64,000 nucleotides of DNA from Candidatus Dojkabacteria bacterium (GTDB lineage Bacteria; Patescibacteriota; Dojkabacteria; SC72; JAFGCJ01): contig JAFGCJ010000003.1 in the NCBI GenBank assembly GCA_016932785.1, forward strand, positions 40,971-104,970, written 5' to 3'. Within the stretch, counting starts at the first letter, position 1; every line of letters starts with the position of its first letter. This document shows positions 36,369 to 45,397 of this stretch, in pieces. Both the position numbers and the translations under genes were made by a program. Below the pieces are notes generated by a model that saw only the letters and a program-made list of their open reading frames with translations, made no database searches and was not told the DNA's origin.

Positions 36369-36472
36369 CTTTCTGATATTTAATCATAATTTAACTTAGG
36401 AAACATTTTACCACGAGAACGCCAATTTATACTTCACATAGAATTCTTCGTGTTAATCCGCACTAGATCTTT

Positions 36473-36997
36473 CTAGCTAAAAGACCCAACTTTTTCCCAC
36501 ATTCCATCATCTTCGCAGGAATACAAATCAAACCCTTTTACCTTCCAACTAACCTCATACTCAATCTTCTCCATTTGCTGTTTTACAGCCAGGAACTTCT
36601 TTATCGGCATCCGCTTATCTATCATGACGTGAGGAACAAATTCGCTGCGAAAAAGCTGACCCGGACCATAGCCACGGCGTGCATTGTCGTCTTCAAGCAA
36701 GTTTCGAAACCGTAGGTAAAGCTGGGTCAGCATATTACTCGGAACAACCTTCAAAATAATGATTCCTCTTTTCCTGGACCAAAAATCCAAACCAGAGATT
36801 ACAGCTTTAAAAGCATTAAACTTGATTTGGGAAATCTTCTCTATAAGTATCTCCTCAGCATAGTCTACTTTAAACGGAGGAACCATTGTTATATGAGGCT
36901 CAAGGACACGCTCTTGTTTCAGGCTGTACTTTTCACGAAGTCCTAAAACAAAAGCCTTGGTTTCCTCAGGAATATCAAGAGTTATTAGATACTGCAT
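36473..36997 (-). CDS. 2H phosphoesterase superfamily (LigT / 2'-5' RNA ligase-like)
   Basis: 174 aa. The first H-x-T motif is EPHITMVPPF. The second is non-canonical, FVPHVMIDKR (H-x-M). Confidence 0.6.
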   Translation of the reverse strand: MQYLITLDIPEETKAFVLGLREKYSLKQERVLEPHITMVPPFKVDYAEEILIEKISQIKFNAFKAVISGLDFWSRKRGIIILKVVPSNMLTQLYLRFRNLLEDDNARRGYGPGQLFRSEFVPHVMIDKRMPIKKFLAVKQQMEKIEYEVSWKVKGFDLYSCEDDGMWEKVGSFS

Positions 36998-37145
36998 ACC
37001 TAAATGCTACCACAACAGGACAATAAGCAAAATTGCATCTAAAAACTCCGCAGGAGTATTGGTTTCACAATATTTACAGATCACCAACAGAGGGTTATTA
37101 TCGAAATGCCAAGGGAGAAAATTCACGGAATCAGGGAGGTAAACC

Positions 37146-37271
37146 ATGGAAAGAATTCTTTCTCAAGGGGCTCCTCTGAGTGGCGCCGAGATAGCATTTA
37201 TTATACTAGGACTTATCTGCCTAGTAATGGCTTTCGTCGGATGGTTTCTGGCCCGGCGGGCCAGAAAATAA
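37146..37271 (+). CDS. unannotated 41-aa small membrane protein
   Basis: Below the ORF-track cutoff. GGGAGG Shine-Dalgarno sits 6 nt upstream of the ATG. Translation is MERILSQGAPLSGAEIAFIILGLICLVMAFVGWFLARRARK, one TM helix plus a basic tail. A hairpin follows. Confidence 0.45.
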   Translation: MERILSQGAPLSGAEIAFIILGLICLVMAFVGWFLARRARK

Positions 37272-37282
37272 CTCAGAGGACC

Positions 37283-37324
37283 GGCACGGACCGCATTTAG
37301 TTTTTTCAACTCGCGGTTCGTGCC
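37283..37324. terminator. bidirectional hairpin between convergent genes
   Basis: GGCACGGACCGC, an 18-nt loop, then GCGGTTCGTGCC. The stem is 12 bp with one G-U pair, and the downstream sequence is T-rich. Confidence 0.5.
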
Positions 37325-37339
37325 TTCTCTTTTCGCTAA

Positions 37340-38293
37340 CTATAGACTGACCTGATTTACCTTTTTACCTTCTAACATCCCTATCACCCCTTCAACAAAC
37401 ATCTTATCCATCCTATCAGCGGCCTCCCAGGTCATCCACGCATACGCTCCAGGAAAAAAGACGTTTATACCCTTAGTGTCAGGCTCCTTCCACCCCTTCT
37501 TGTGTTCATTCTCTGCGCTCATCCCCGCCAGTTTTCCCTTCCTTACAATTTCTATTAGATAGTCATCATCCTCCACACCCCATCCTGCTCCACCAAGGAC
37601 ACTCACAAAATAAGCACTACTTTTCATTAAGCCCAACCTCTCTTTATTCAGAAAACCTTTCGTCTCATCGCATGTCTCCAGACAATTAAAAACAAAATCA
37701 GACCTTTTTAATACATTTTCAACAGTATCATATTCATATGGGACGTCTTTATCTGATCTATTCCAATACAGGACCTTCATTCCCATACCCTCACCCAGTT
37801 TCGCAATCCTTGAGCCAATATTACCAAGACCAATAACTCCCATCGTCTTACCAGTTACCTCAGTTTGAGTATGTTCATCGTCACGAAATGTTTTAAAACC
37901 ATCCTCCATCTGGAGAGGAAGTTTCCTGGTAAGGCACAGCAGCTGCCATATCGCGTACTCTGAAACCGACTGTGAGTTAGCAACAGGAGTATGCGAAATC
38001 GGTATATTATTTTCCCGGCAATAGTCCTTATCAATATAGTCTGTCCAGGCAGACCGGGTTGCTATACCCTTAAGGTTCTTAACCTTCTCAAGAAATCCTC
38101 TAGGCAAAGTCCACTCGATTATATTTGGCATATAGACACCTAAGATCTTTTCATCCACATCATCAATAATCTCAGAATACTTATCAACATCATTTTCCTC
38201 CTTATCGAGAATGACTACTTCAGCATGCTTCTTTATTTCCTCGAAAATATCCGTTCGTGCATCCTTGGTTGTGATTATGAAAACCTTCATCAT
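37340..38293 (-). CDS. D-isomer-specific 2-hydroxyacid dehydrogenase-like protein (catalytic residues apparently lost)
   Basis: 317 aa. The NAD fold GKTMGVIGLGNIGSRIAKL is intact. By-eye alignment puts VSVLGGAGW where NTARGxLVD would be (Arg to Gly) and FFPGAYAWMTWEA where TPHIGxATxEA would be (His to Ala). Confidence 0.7.
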   Translation of the reverse strand: MMKVFIITTKDARTDIFEEIKKHAEVVILDKEENDVDKYSEIIDDVDEKILGVYMPNIIEWTLPRGFLEKVKNLKGIATRSAWTDYIDKDYCRENNIPISHTPVANSQSVSEYAIWQLLCLTRKLPLQMEDGFKTFRDDEHTQTEVTGKTMGVIGLGNIGSRIAKLGEGMGMKVLYWNRSDKDVPYEYDTVENVLKRSDFVFNCLETCDETKGFLNKERLGLMKSSAYFVSVLGGAGWGVEDDDYLIEIVRKGKLAGMSAENEHKKGWKEPDTKGINVFFPGAYAWMTWEAADRMDKMFVEGVIGMLEGKKVNQVSL

Positions 38294-38368
38294 ATTTACT
38301 ATTAAATATTAACACATGTATCAATAAGATGAACACATGTTGAACATATTTTACAACTATGGGATTAA

Positions 38369-39208
38369 ATGATAAACTTGTTGTTCATTATGATGAACAC
38401 TACAATTACTAGCCAACTTAAGAAATTTGGTCTAGAGGAAAAAGAAGCCCAAATTTATCTCTCATTATTAAAGGAGGGAAGCCAAACCCCACTTGAAATA
38501 TCCAGAAATACTGATATCAACAGAACTACCATATATAGACAACTTGAAACCCTGCAAACATCGGGCCTTGTTGAAGAAGTTTTAGACGACAAATCTACTC
38601 GCTACACTGCCTCTGACCCTGATAAGCTAAACTTTCTCATAGAGCAAAGGGAGAACTCCATTAGGTCTCTCAAAAGGTCCCTTCCCGATCTAACGGCTCA
38701 GCTGTCGGCACTAAAACAGGAATCGATATCACACTCAAAAGTCGTTTTCTTCCGCGGGATTAAGGGTCTAAAACAACTCCTCTGGAACACAACAAAAGCT
38801 AAGGGTAAACAAATCGTAAACTATGGCTACCTAAGCTGGAATGAGGTCGTAGGAAATGAATTCGCGGAGAAATTAAGAGAGGAACACGTCGTACAAAAAA
38901 TTCATGGCAGAGAGGTCACAAACCACAAAGAAGACGGAACTCAATGGACAGACAATATAACTCGTGTTCGTCAGTACTACAAAGAAAAATTCATCCCAAA
39001 ATCGGTACTGGAAATTAACCATGATCAGTACATTTACGACGATATTCTTGCCTACGCCCATATTTATAAAGAGGAATATTTCGGAATCGAGATCCACAAC
39101 CCAGAAATAGCCAAAACCCAAAAGCAGATATTCGAAATAATCTGGGAAATCGGAGAAGAAATGACTCCATTCGAACCATTCAAATCAAAAAAATGGAAGG
39201 GAGAATAA
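38369..39208 (+). CDS. TrmB-family transcriptional regulator
   Basis: 279 aa. LKKFGLEEKEAQIYLSLLKEGSQTPLEISRNTDINRTTIYRQLETLQTSGLVEE. The real start may be the downstream ATGATG at about 38389. Confidence 0.75.
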   Translation: MINLLFIMMNTTITSQLKKFGLEEKEAQIYLSLLKEGSQTPLEISRNTDINRTTIYRQLETLQTSGLVEEVLDDKSTRYTASDPDKLNFLIEQRENSIRSLKRSLPDLTAQLSALKQESISHSKVVFFRGIKGLKQLLWNTTKAKGKQIVNYGYLSWNEVVGNEFAEKLREEHVVQKIHGREVTNHKEDGTQWTDNITRVRQYYKEKFIPKSVLEINHDQYIYDDILAYAHIYKEEYFGIEIHNPEIAKTQKQIFEIIWEIGEEMTPFEPFKSKKWKGE

Positions 39209-39383
39209 AACGGATCAGACTTAACCAGGTAACTTCTTTTTCGCCTCGACCCTGTTCAGCCATAAAACGCGGAAACAGGTACATGGCTGCCCAAATAAAC
39301 GACACTGTAACCAAGGCTGTGAGGCCCTTCTGTCGATCAGCGTTTTTCTTAGTTTTTTCTCTCATGCAACTTAACAATTAATC

Positions 39384-40232
39384 TTACTTTTCTCTTACAA
39401 CTCTGAACCCCTGAGCTGAATACCTGTCACTAGGGTTATCCGCAAACCGAAAAGCACATCTACAATAAGTCTCACCACGTGAATAGGAACCTCCCCTGCC
39501 AACTCTCCTCGAATTTTTATCCATCATATCCTCTCGTCCATCGTCTGAAATATAGGGATACCTGTACTTGGCAGGCCAAGGATCCTCAATTCCGATACTC
39601 GTGGAAGTCCATTCGAAAACGTTTCCGCACATATCTGCACATCCAAAAGGACTATCAGAATCCGGGGAAAATTGACCTACAGGAGTAGTGTCTTTTATCC
39701 GGTATTCACTATTACAGATGCTGGAATCCCATCGGTTTCCCCAGGGGAAAATTCTCCCATCATTTCCACGCGCTGCCGCCTCCCACTCAACCTCAGACGG
39801 CAATCTATACCTCGACTCTTTTTCATGGCTTAACCATGCACAAAACTCAACTGCATCAAACCAAGACACCTGAACCACAGGATGAAGATCCTTATCCTTA
39901 ATTGATGTTTCAGGTCCTTGGGGATGCCACCAGTCAGCTCCTTTAATAACCTCAAAGCCAGGAGTAAAAACAAAGCCAGTACCCTTCTTCTCCGCCTCTG
40001 TTTTATATCCAGTATCATCCACGAATTCCCTAAATTGCAAATTCGTGACAGGATATTTTGAAATTTCAAAGTCAGCAATATGAACTGAGTGTTGAGGAAT
40101 CTCCCTCTCCAATAACCTCCTATCAATATCTGGAAATTTATCTGTAATCTCTTCAAATTGAGTCTCTGTTGACCCGATAGTATAGTCCCCATCAGGAATT
40201 GTTATTAGTTCAATATTCTTCATAATCTTCAC
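39384..40232 (-). CDS. formylglycine-generating-enzyme (FGE-sulfatase/SUMF1) domain protein
   Basis: 282 aa. YPVTNLQFREFVDDTGYKTEAE, HPVVQVSWFDAVEFCAWLS, RLPSEVEWEAAARG, GNVFEWTS, RVGRGGSY. Confidence 0.85.
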   Translation of the reverse strand: MKIMKNIELITIPDGDYTIGSTETQFEEITDKFPDIDRRLLEREIPQHSVHIADFEISKYPVTNLQFREFVDDTGYKTEAEKKGTGFVFTPGFEVIKGADWWHPQGPETSIKDKDLHPVVQVSWFDAVEFCAWLSHEKESRYRLPSEVEWEAAARGNDGRIFPWGNRWDSSICNSEYRIKDTTPVGQFSPDSDSPFGCADMCGNVFEWTSTSIGIEDPWPAKYRYPYISDDGREDMMDKNSRRVGRGGSYSRGETYCRCAFRFADNPSDRYSAQGFRVVREK

Positions 40233-40239
40233 ACCTAAG

Positions 40240-41133
40240 TTATCTAAGCCAACCCAAACCTACAGCAAGAACAATTATAAGACTACATCCGGCTGCAACA
40301 AACCTCAATAGATAAACCCACCAGGGATTATTCTCAATATAACCAGGTTTAAATATAGTTATAACTGTAGCCAAAACAAGAGAAAGGGGCAAAGAGATTA
40401 TTGCTGTTACAACAGCAACATTTCCAGCCAAAGCCACAACCTGCAACACACTCCCAGCCAGTGATACTATACCCAAAATCGAAATGGGTAGTAATAATTT
40501 TTTTGGCCGTCCTACTATCTTTTTGATGTCGCCAAATACCCATGGAAGAAAAGACAGATTCAAAATCACAACCACCAATATCGACCAGAAGGAAAAATCT
40601 ACAAAATCCATTCTTAACTGACCACGATTGGTAAGAATAGAAATGACAGCCAAAGAAAAATACTCTACCATCAAATAAGCAATCCCCGGATTCAAGAAGT
40701 TTTTCAATTTAAAATCTTTCTTCATTGAAATAAGAATCGCTAGCGGAAGCAACAAAAATATCAGCACATACTCCAAAAGACTATATGTTTCTATACCAAG
40801 AATATAAACCAGCACCACTGAAAAAACTGTTCTCATTGAGAAAAGCGGAGATGACACCGAGACATCAACCTTCTCCATACCCTTGAAATAGAATATATCG
40901 CCTACAACAAAAAACAACCCGTAAAGTAGAAAAACTATCAGCTCGTTCCTGCCCGGAATATTAATGCCATGCCCAAATATGAAAACATATGACGCTAGAA
41001 GCGTCAGCCTTACAACATTCTTTATTAAACTTATCGAAACTGGGTTCTTTGCCTTGTATTTTATTACAATCTTCGAAAACAGATTCAGCAAGGCAAACAT
41101 TATCGAAGAAAGAAAGGCATACAGAATATACAT
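40240..41133 (-). CDS. EamA/DMT-superfamily transporter
   Basis: 297 aa with about 10 TM helices in two similar halves. Lies 7 nt upstream of the FGE-like gene. Confidence 0.6.
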   Translation of the reverse strand: MYILYAFLSSIMFALLNLFSKIVIKYKAKNPVSISLIKNVVRLTLLASYVFIFGHGINIPGRNELIVFLLYGLFFVVGDIFYFKGMEKVDVSVSSPLFSMRTVFSVVLVYILGIETYSLLEYVLIFLLLPLAILISMKKDFKLKNFLNPGIAYLMVEYFSLAVISILTNRGQLRMDFVDFSFWSILVVVILNLSFLPWVFGDIKKIVGRPKKLLLPISILGIVSLAGSVLQVVALAGNVAVVTAIISLPLSLVLATVITIFKPGYIENNPWWVYLLRFVAAGCSLIIVLAVGLGWLR

Positions 41134-41319
41134 TGGTCCGGTTTTTAAATTTTATGTCTAAATTAAAACTTTGGTCGATTCATTTCCTCCTTAAAATCTA
41201 CTGTCTCAAGCTCTGAATTCGGGGCCAAATTCTTAAAGAACATTACAATTTTATAGGTCTATTTCGTATTCGTCAAAGTTGACGGTTACTTCCGACAGTG
41301 CTATACTTCACTACAACCT

Positions 41320-42219
41320 ATGAAAGCAAGCCAAACAGTAAAAACCCTTAAGAAATTCGGACTTTCTGAGAATGAGATCGCGGTATATCTAGAGTGCTTA
41401 AAAGAAGAAGATCTTACACCCTATAGGATTTCAAGGTTGACTAAAATTCCACGTACAACGGTCTACGATGTACTTATGGATCTATCCTTAAAGGGACTTG
41501 TCGAACTTCAGCAAAGCGATGGCTTCACCAAACAACAGACTTTGGTAAAAGCAAAGAATCCCTCTGCCCTTCGGAACGTCCTCCGACAGAAGAGAAAAGA
41601 TCTTCTTTCACTCGAAATAGACATTATTGACATCCTACCTCAGCTTAAAGGTGACTACCACGAAAAACAAGCCAACGCTGATTTCAAATTCTACCCCGGA
41701 ATAGAAGGCGCCAGAAAAATGTTATATAACGAGGAAATTGCAGAAATAGATCTTCCGGTATATATATGGACAGACCGAATGCCCGTGGACATTTTCGGTT
41801 ATGAAAAACTCGATCCCATAATTTCCAGATGGACCCGTCTCATGGAGAAACACAAAAGAAAATCAAAGGAAATAATCTTTCTTGGCGACTGGACAAGACA
41901 TGTACTCAGCTATCAATTGGAAAGAGATCCGGACTTCCTAAAGACAAGAGAATTCCGTTATCCAGATTATCCAGATACAAATATAGCTCAACAGATAATA
42001 ATTAAAGGAAACCATGTCGGAATGGCCTGCGTTCATGAAGAGGAGGTCTGGGGACTACATATTACCAGCCCTGCCCTTGCACATAGCCTTACAACAATTT
42101 TCAATGCCCAGTGGATGAGCTCAAATCCGCTCACGCCGGAGATTATAAGATCATGGGGCCCGAGTGAATACTTAAAAGCTCAAATAAAGAAAGGTCAAAT
42201 CAAGAAAAAGAAATACTAG
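41320..42219 (+). CDS. TrmB-family transcriptional regulator (paralog of 38369..39208)
   Basis: 299 aa. LKKFGLSENEIAVYLECLKEEDLTPYRISRLTKIPRTTVYDVLMDLSLKGLVE. Confidence 0.75.
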   Translation: MKASQTVKTLKKFGLSENEIAVYLECLKEEDLTPYRISRLTKIPRTTVYDVLMDLSLKGLVELQQSDGFTKQQTLVKAKNPSALRNVLRQKRKDLLSLEIDIIDILPQLKGDYHEKQANADFKFYPGIEGARKMLYNEEIAEIDLPVYIWTDRMPVDIFGYEKLDPIISRWTRLMEKHKRKSKEIIFLGDWTRHVLSYQLERDPDFLKTREFRYPDYPDTNIAQQIIIKGNHVGMACVHEEEVWGLHITSPALAHSLTTIFNAQWMSSNPLTPEIIRSWGPSEYLKAQIKKGQIKKKKY

Positions 42220-42235
42220 TCGAATTAAAACCAGA

Positions 42236-43168
42236 TTGACGATAAACAGACCAGAATTAGCCCAAGAGACTAGAAGTAAAACCATGGAAATCAAACCCGT
42301 ACAAGCCAAAACCCTCCTTGCCACACACACCAAACCCGATTCCTGGTTCGGGTGTAAATACAACATGAATCTATACCGCGGTTGTCAGCATAAATGTATC
42401 TACTGCGACACAAGAAGCGAATGCTATCAGATTGAAAACTTTGAAAAAGAAATTCTATACAAAGAAAACGCTATCGAACTCTTGAAAGATGAACTCCCAC
42501 GAAAGAGAGTCAAAGGAACCATTTGCTTTGGTTCGATGAACGATGAATACATGCCGATAGAAAAAGACCTTCGGCTAACACGGCAAGCGCTTGAAGTCAT
42601 AGTTCAGCATCGATTTCCTGTTCATATGATGACCAAGAGCGATCTTATTCTTAGAGACCTAGATCTGCTTAAGAAAATCAGCAGTATTTATGTAGCGGCA
42701 ACATTCACCATAACTGCATCGGATGATGAGCTTTCTAAAAAGGTTGAGCCAGGTGCCCCACCCTCTTCTGCACGATTTGAGGCTATAAAAAAACTTTCTG
42801 ACCAAGGGATTTACACAGGAATAACCATGATGCCAATTTTACCCTTCATCGAGGATACTGACGAAAATATTACATCATTAATAGAAAAAGCTCACGAAAG
42901 CGGAGCCAAATACATACTTGCGTGGTTTGGACTGACTATGAGAGATAGACAAAGAACGCATTTCTACAAGAAACTGGACGAACTATTTCCGGGAATGAAG
43001 ACAAAATACCGGAAGGCTTTCGGCGAGAATTATGAGTGTAACAGCACAAGAATTGCCGAACTTCAATCGTTATTTGAAAGCCTATGCCTAAAGTACGGAA
43101 TAGAAACAAAAATGAAATTTTACGAGCCGGAGAAACCGGCAAAGCAGCTTGACCTGCTACAAAGCTAA
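42236..43168 (+). CDS. radical SAM protein (SplB / DNA-photolyase-like family)
   Basis: 310 aa. CQHKCIYCD (CxxxCxxC). The likely true start is MEIKPVQAKTLL, 16 codons in. Confidence 0.75.
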   Translation: MTINRPELAQETRSKTMEIKPVQAKTLLATHTKPDSWFGCKYNMNLYRGCQHKCIYCDTRSECYQIENFEKEILYKENAIELLKDELPRKRVKGTICFGSMNDEYMPIEKDLRLTRQALEVIVQHRFPVHMMTKSDLILRDLDLLKKISSIYVAATFTITASDDELSKKVEPGAPPSSARFEAIKKLSDQGIYTGITMMPILPFIEDTDENITSLIEKAHESGAKYILAWFGLTMRDRQRTHFYKKLDELFPGMKTKYRKAFGENYECNSTRIAELQSLFESLCLKYGIETKMKFYEPEKPAKQLDLLQS

Positions 43169-43217
43169 ATATCTCAGCAGTGTGACGCATACAAAAGCAA
43201 TACGTTGAAATATATAC

Positions 43218-44372
43218 ATGCCAATTCGAAGCAAGCTAAACAATTTTCTAAAGAGATTTGAAAGAAAATTTCAAACGCTCAATCTCATTGAAATATCAAG
43301 ATCAAATCTTCTTCACAACTATGATCTTTTTTCATCGCTACTACCCGGATACTCAATATTTCCTGTATTAAAGGCAAATGCTTACGGCCACGGAATAGCC
43401 CAGATAACAGAGATCCTCAAAGAAAGGCAGCCTGATTATTTCATAGTGGATGGATACTTCGAAGCATTGAGGGTATGGGAAATATCCAAGCAACCAGTCC
43501 TCCTAATAGGTTATGTGCACCCCTCAAACCTAAAAGATCTAGACTTCCATAATCTTGCCTTAACTGTCTATGACATGGAAACGATTAAAGAGCTTGAACG
43601 TCTGGGAAGAAAAGTTCGAATCCATCTTAAAATTGATACCGGGATGAATCGCCAAGGCATAGAAAACAAAGACATCCCGCACTTTATTAAAGAAATCAAC
43701 AAAGCGCAAAACCTTGAACTAGAAGGTGTTCTCTCACACCTTGCTGATGCCGATTCAACAGACAACTCATATACCCAGAAACAACTCGAGTATTACAGAA
43801 AAGCCCACAAAATTGTCGAGGAAATGAGCGGAGAAATTCGGCACTCACACCTTTCCGCCTCCGCCGGAGCAATCAAGACGAAGGACCCAACTACAAACTC
43901 GGTCAGAATTGGAATGGGACTCTATGGAATAAACCCATATGAACCAAAAGACCCTTTCTACAAAAAACTCGAAGATTTAAAGCCTGTTCTGACACTCAAA
44001 TCCACAATCATCCACACAAAGGAAATCAAAAAGGGAGACGCCGTTAGCTACAACTGTACATTCAAGGCCAAAAGAAAAACCAGAATTGGCCTTCTTCCAC
44101 TTGGATACTACGAAGGAATACCTAGAAACCTTAGTAACAAGGGCTTTGTTAGATGGGAAAAAAAATATCTGCCGATAATCGGAAGGGTATGTATGAACCT
44201 CACAATAGTAGACCTTACCGACACCGCGGCAAAGAAATTCGACAAGATTACAGTCGTAAGCCCCGTCGCTTCAGACAAAAATTCAATACAAAGCATCGCT
44301 AACCAAAGCGCAACAATACCTGACGATATCTTCGTCCACTTAAATGAAAACATTAGAAGAGCGATCTCCTAA
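43218..44372 (+). CDS. alr: alanine racemase
   Basis: 384 aa. PVLKANAYGHG (PLP Lys), HLKIDTGMNRQG, GLLPLGYYEGIPR, IGRVCMN. Confidence 0.9.
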   Translation: MPIRSKLNNFLKRFERKFQTLNLIEISRSNLLHNYDLFSSLLPGYSIFPVLKANAYGHGIAQITEILKERQPDYFIVDGYFEALRVWEISKQPVLLIGYVHPSNLKDLDFHNLALTVYDMETIKELERLGRKVRIHLKIDTGMNRQGIENKDIPHFIKEINKAQNLELEGVLSHLADADSTDNSYTQKQLEYYRKAHKIVEEMSGEIRHSHLSASAGAIKTKDPTTNSVRIGMGLYGINPYEPKDPFYKKLEDLKPVLTLKSTIIHTKEIKKGDAVSYNCTFKAKRKTRIGLLPLGYYEGIPRNLSNKGFVRWEKKYLPIIGRVCMNLTIVDLTDTAAKKFDKITVVSPVASDKNSIQSIANQSATIPDDIFVHLNENIRRAIS

Positions 44373-45325
44373 CAAGGAAGCTCCATTATCGATGGCACTT
44401 TCTCCAGAATTTCACAGTCAAACCCACCAAAAATATCCCCATACCCATCAATCGCTTCTTTTACCCCTTGTTTAAATTCACCCTTCATTAAAACCCCGGC
44501 AATACTGTCCACTTCTAACCCATTAGTTCCACCAATCATTATCCCCCAATTCTCAATAGGAATTGCCTTTTTCACATCCCAATCCATCTCACAGGCAGTG
44601 TATATTCCATCAACGACAACCCGCAAATCGAATAACGATTGATATATTCTGTGAACATCAAGAATGCTGCGACCCAGATACTCATCATTTTCGCCATGAT
44701 AAGTAGCAATACGATGCGGATCTGGAATCAGCCCAAATAGATTCTTGATTCCAAGAGAAAGTCCATAGAAAGTATCTCTCTTAGCCTTGGCCAGACTTAC
44801 AAGGTTCGATCCCTTAAGATCAAAGAGTTTCTTAGGAACATAACCGTACATCTCCGGAAGACGCACAGGGCCATACTTCCTCTCCACCATGTCCTTAATT
44901 TCTTCTTTATCAGCAACATTACCCTCCCAAACCTCGTTGGTAATATTGACATACTCCACATCATGTTTTTCCAGAACCTTATCTATACCTTCGCTTTCAA
45001 GAAACCACTTATCCTGTTTTTTAAAATGATCCCAATGTTGACGCCCGGCCTCAAGGCCTGCTTCCTTTGATGAAAAATAGTCTCCAGATCCATCCTTGAT
45101 CTTATCGGTACGCCAGAAAGTGTAACTCTCAATGATCGTGGCCGGTTTGTTCAATGCCGTAAGGAACATGTCAAGGACATCGGCCTCAATATGACTTGCA
45201 CGCATGCCATCGACCCAATTAGGCTTTATCAAAACATGGTCACTCGTAATATCAAGACCCCGAACAAGGCTGTCCATATCTTTTTGATCGGAAATCTCGA
45301 GAATGGTTGTTGTGCCAATTACCAT
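44369..45325 (-). CDS. DUF362-like protein
   Basis: 318 aa. HVLIKPNWV resembles the DUF362 N-terminal motif. Otherwise unassigned. Confidence 0.45.
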   Translation of the reverse strand: MVIGTTTILEISDQKDMDSLVRGLDITSDHVLIKPNWVDGMRASHIEADVLDMFLTALNKPATIIESYTFWRTDKIKDGSGDYFSSKEAGLEAGRQHWDHFKKQDKWFLESEGIDKVLEKHDVEYVNITNEVWEGNVADKEEIKDMVERKYGPVRLPEMYGYVPKKLFDLKGSNLVSLAKAKRDTFYGLSLGIKNLFGLIPDPHRIATYHGENDEYLGRSILDVHRIYQSLFDLRVVVDGIYTACEMDWDVKKAIPIENWGIMIGGTNGLEVDSIAGVLMKGEFKQGVKEAIDGYGDIFGGFDCEILEKVPSIMELPC

Positions 45326-45397
45326 ATACTCATTTTACCACCCACTAACTTATAGTCAAATGCTACAAAAAGTAAAATATCCGAGGCAAAATATGAA

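Noticed and set aside
39180-39381. Two mutually antisense ~62-65-aa ORFs in the convergent gap between TrmB-1 and the FGE-like gene.
   Set aside because: Neither has a Shine-Dalgarno sequence, and both have low-complexity sequence. The region more likely holds terminators (for example stem CAGCCAT...ATGGCTG at 39257..39289).
39384-40232. Possible diversity-generating-retroelement (DGR) target. FGE/C-type-lectin-fold proteins with a C-terminal RGGS-x-... segment are common DGR variable proteins in CPR genomes.
   Set aside because: No reverse transcriptase gene is present anywhere in the window. I also could not find a template-repeat copy of the 3' ~130 nt (39384..39520) in the flanking intergenic DNA (39209..39383) or elsewhere by eye. 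A genome-wide self-blast would be needed to exclude a distant TR.
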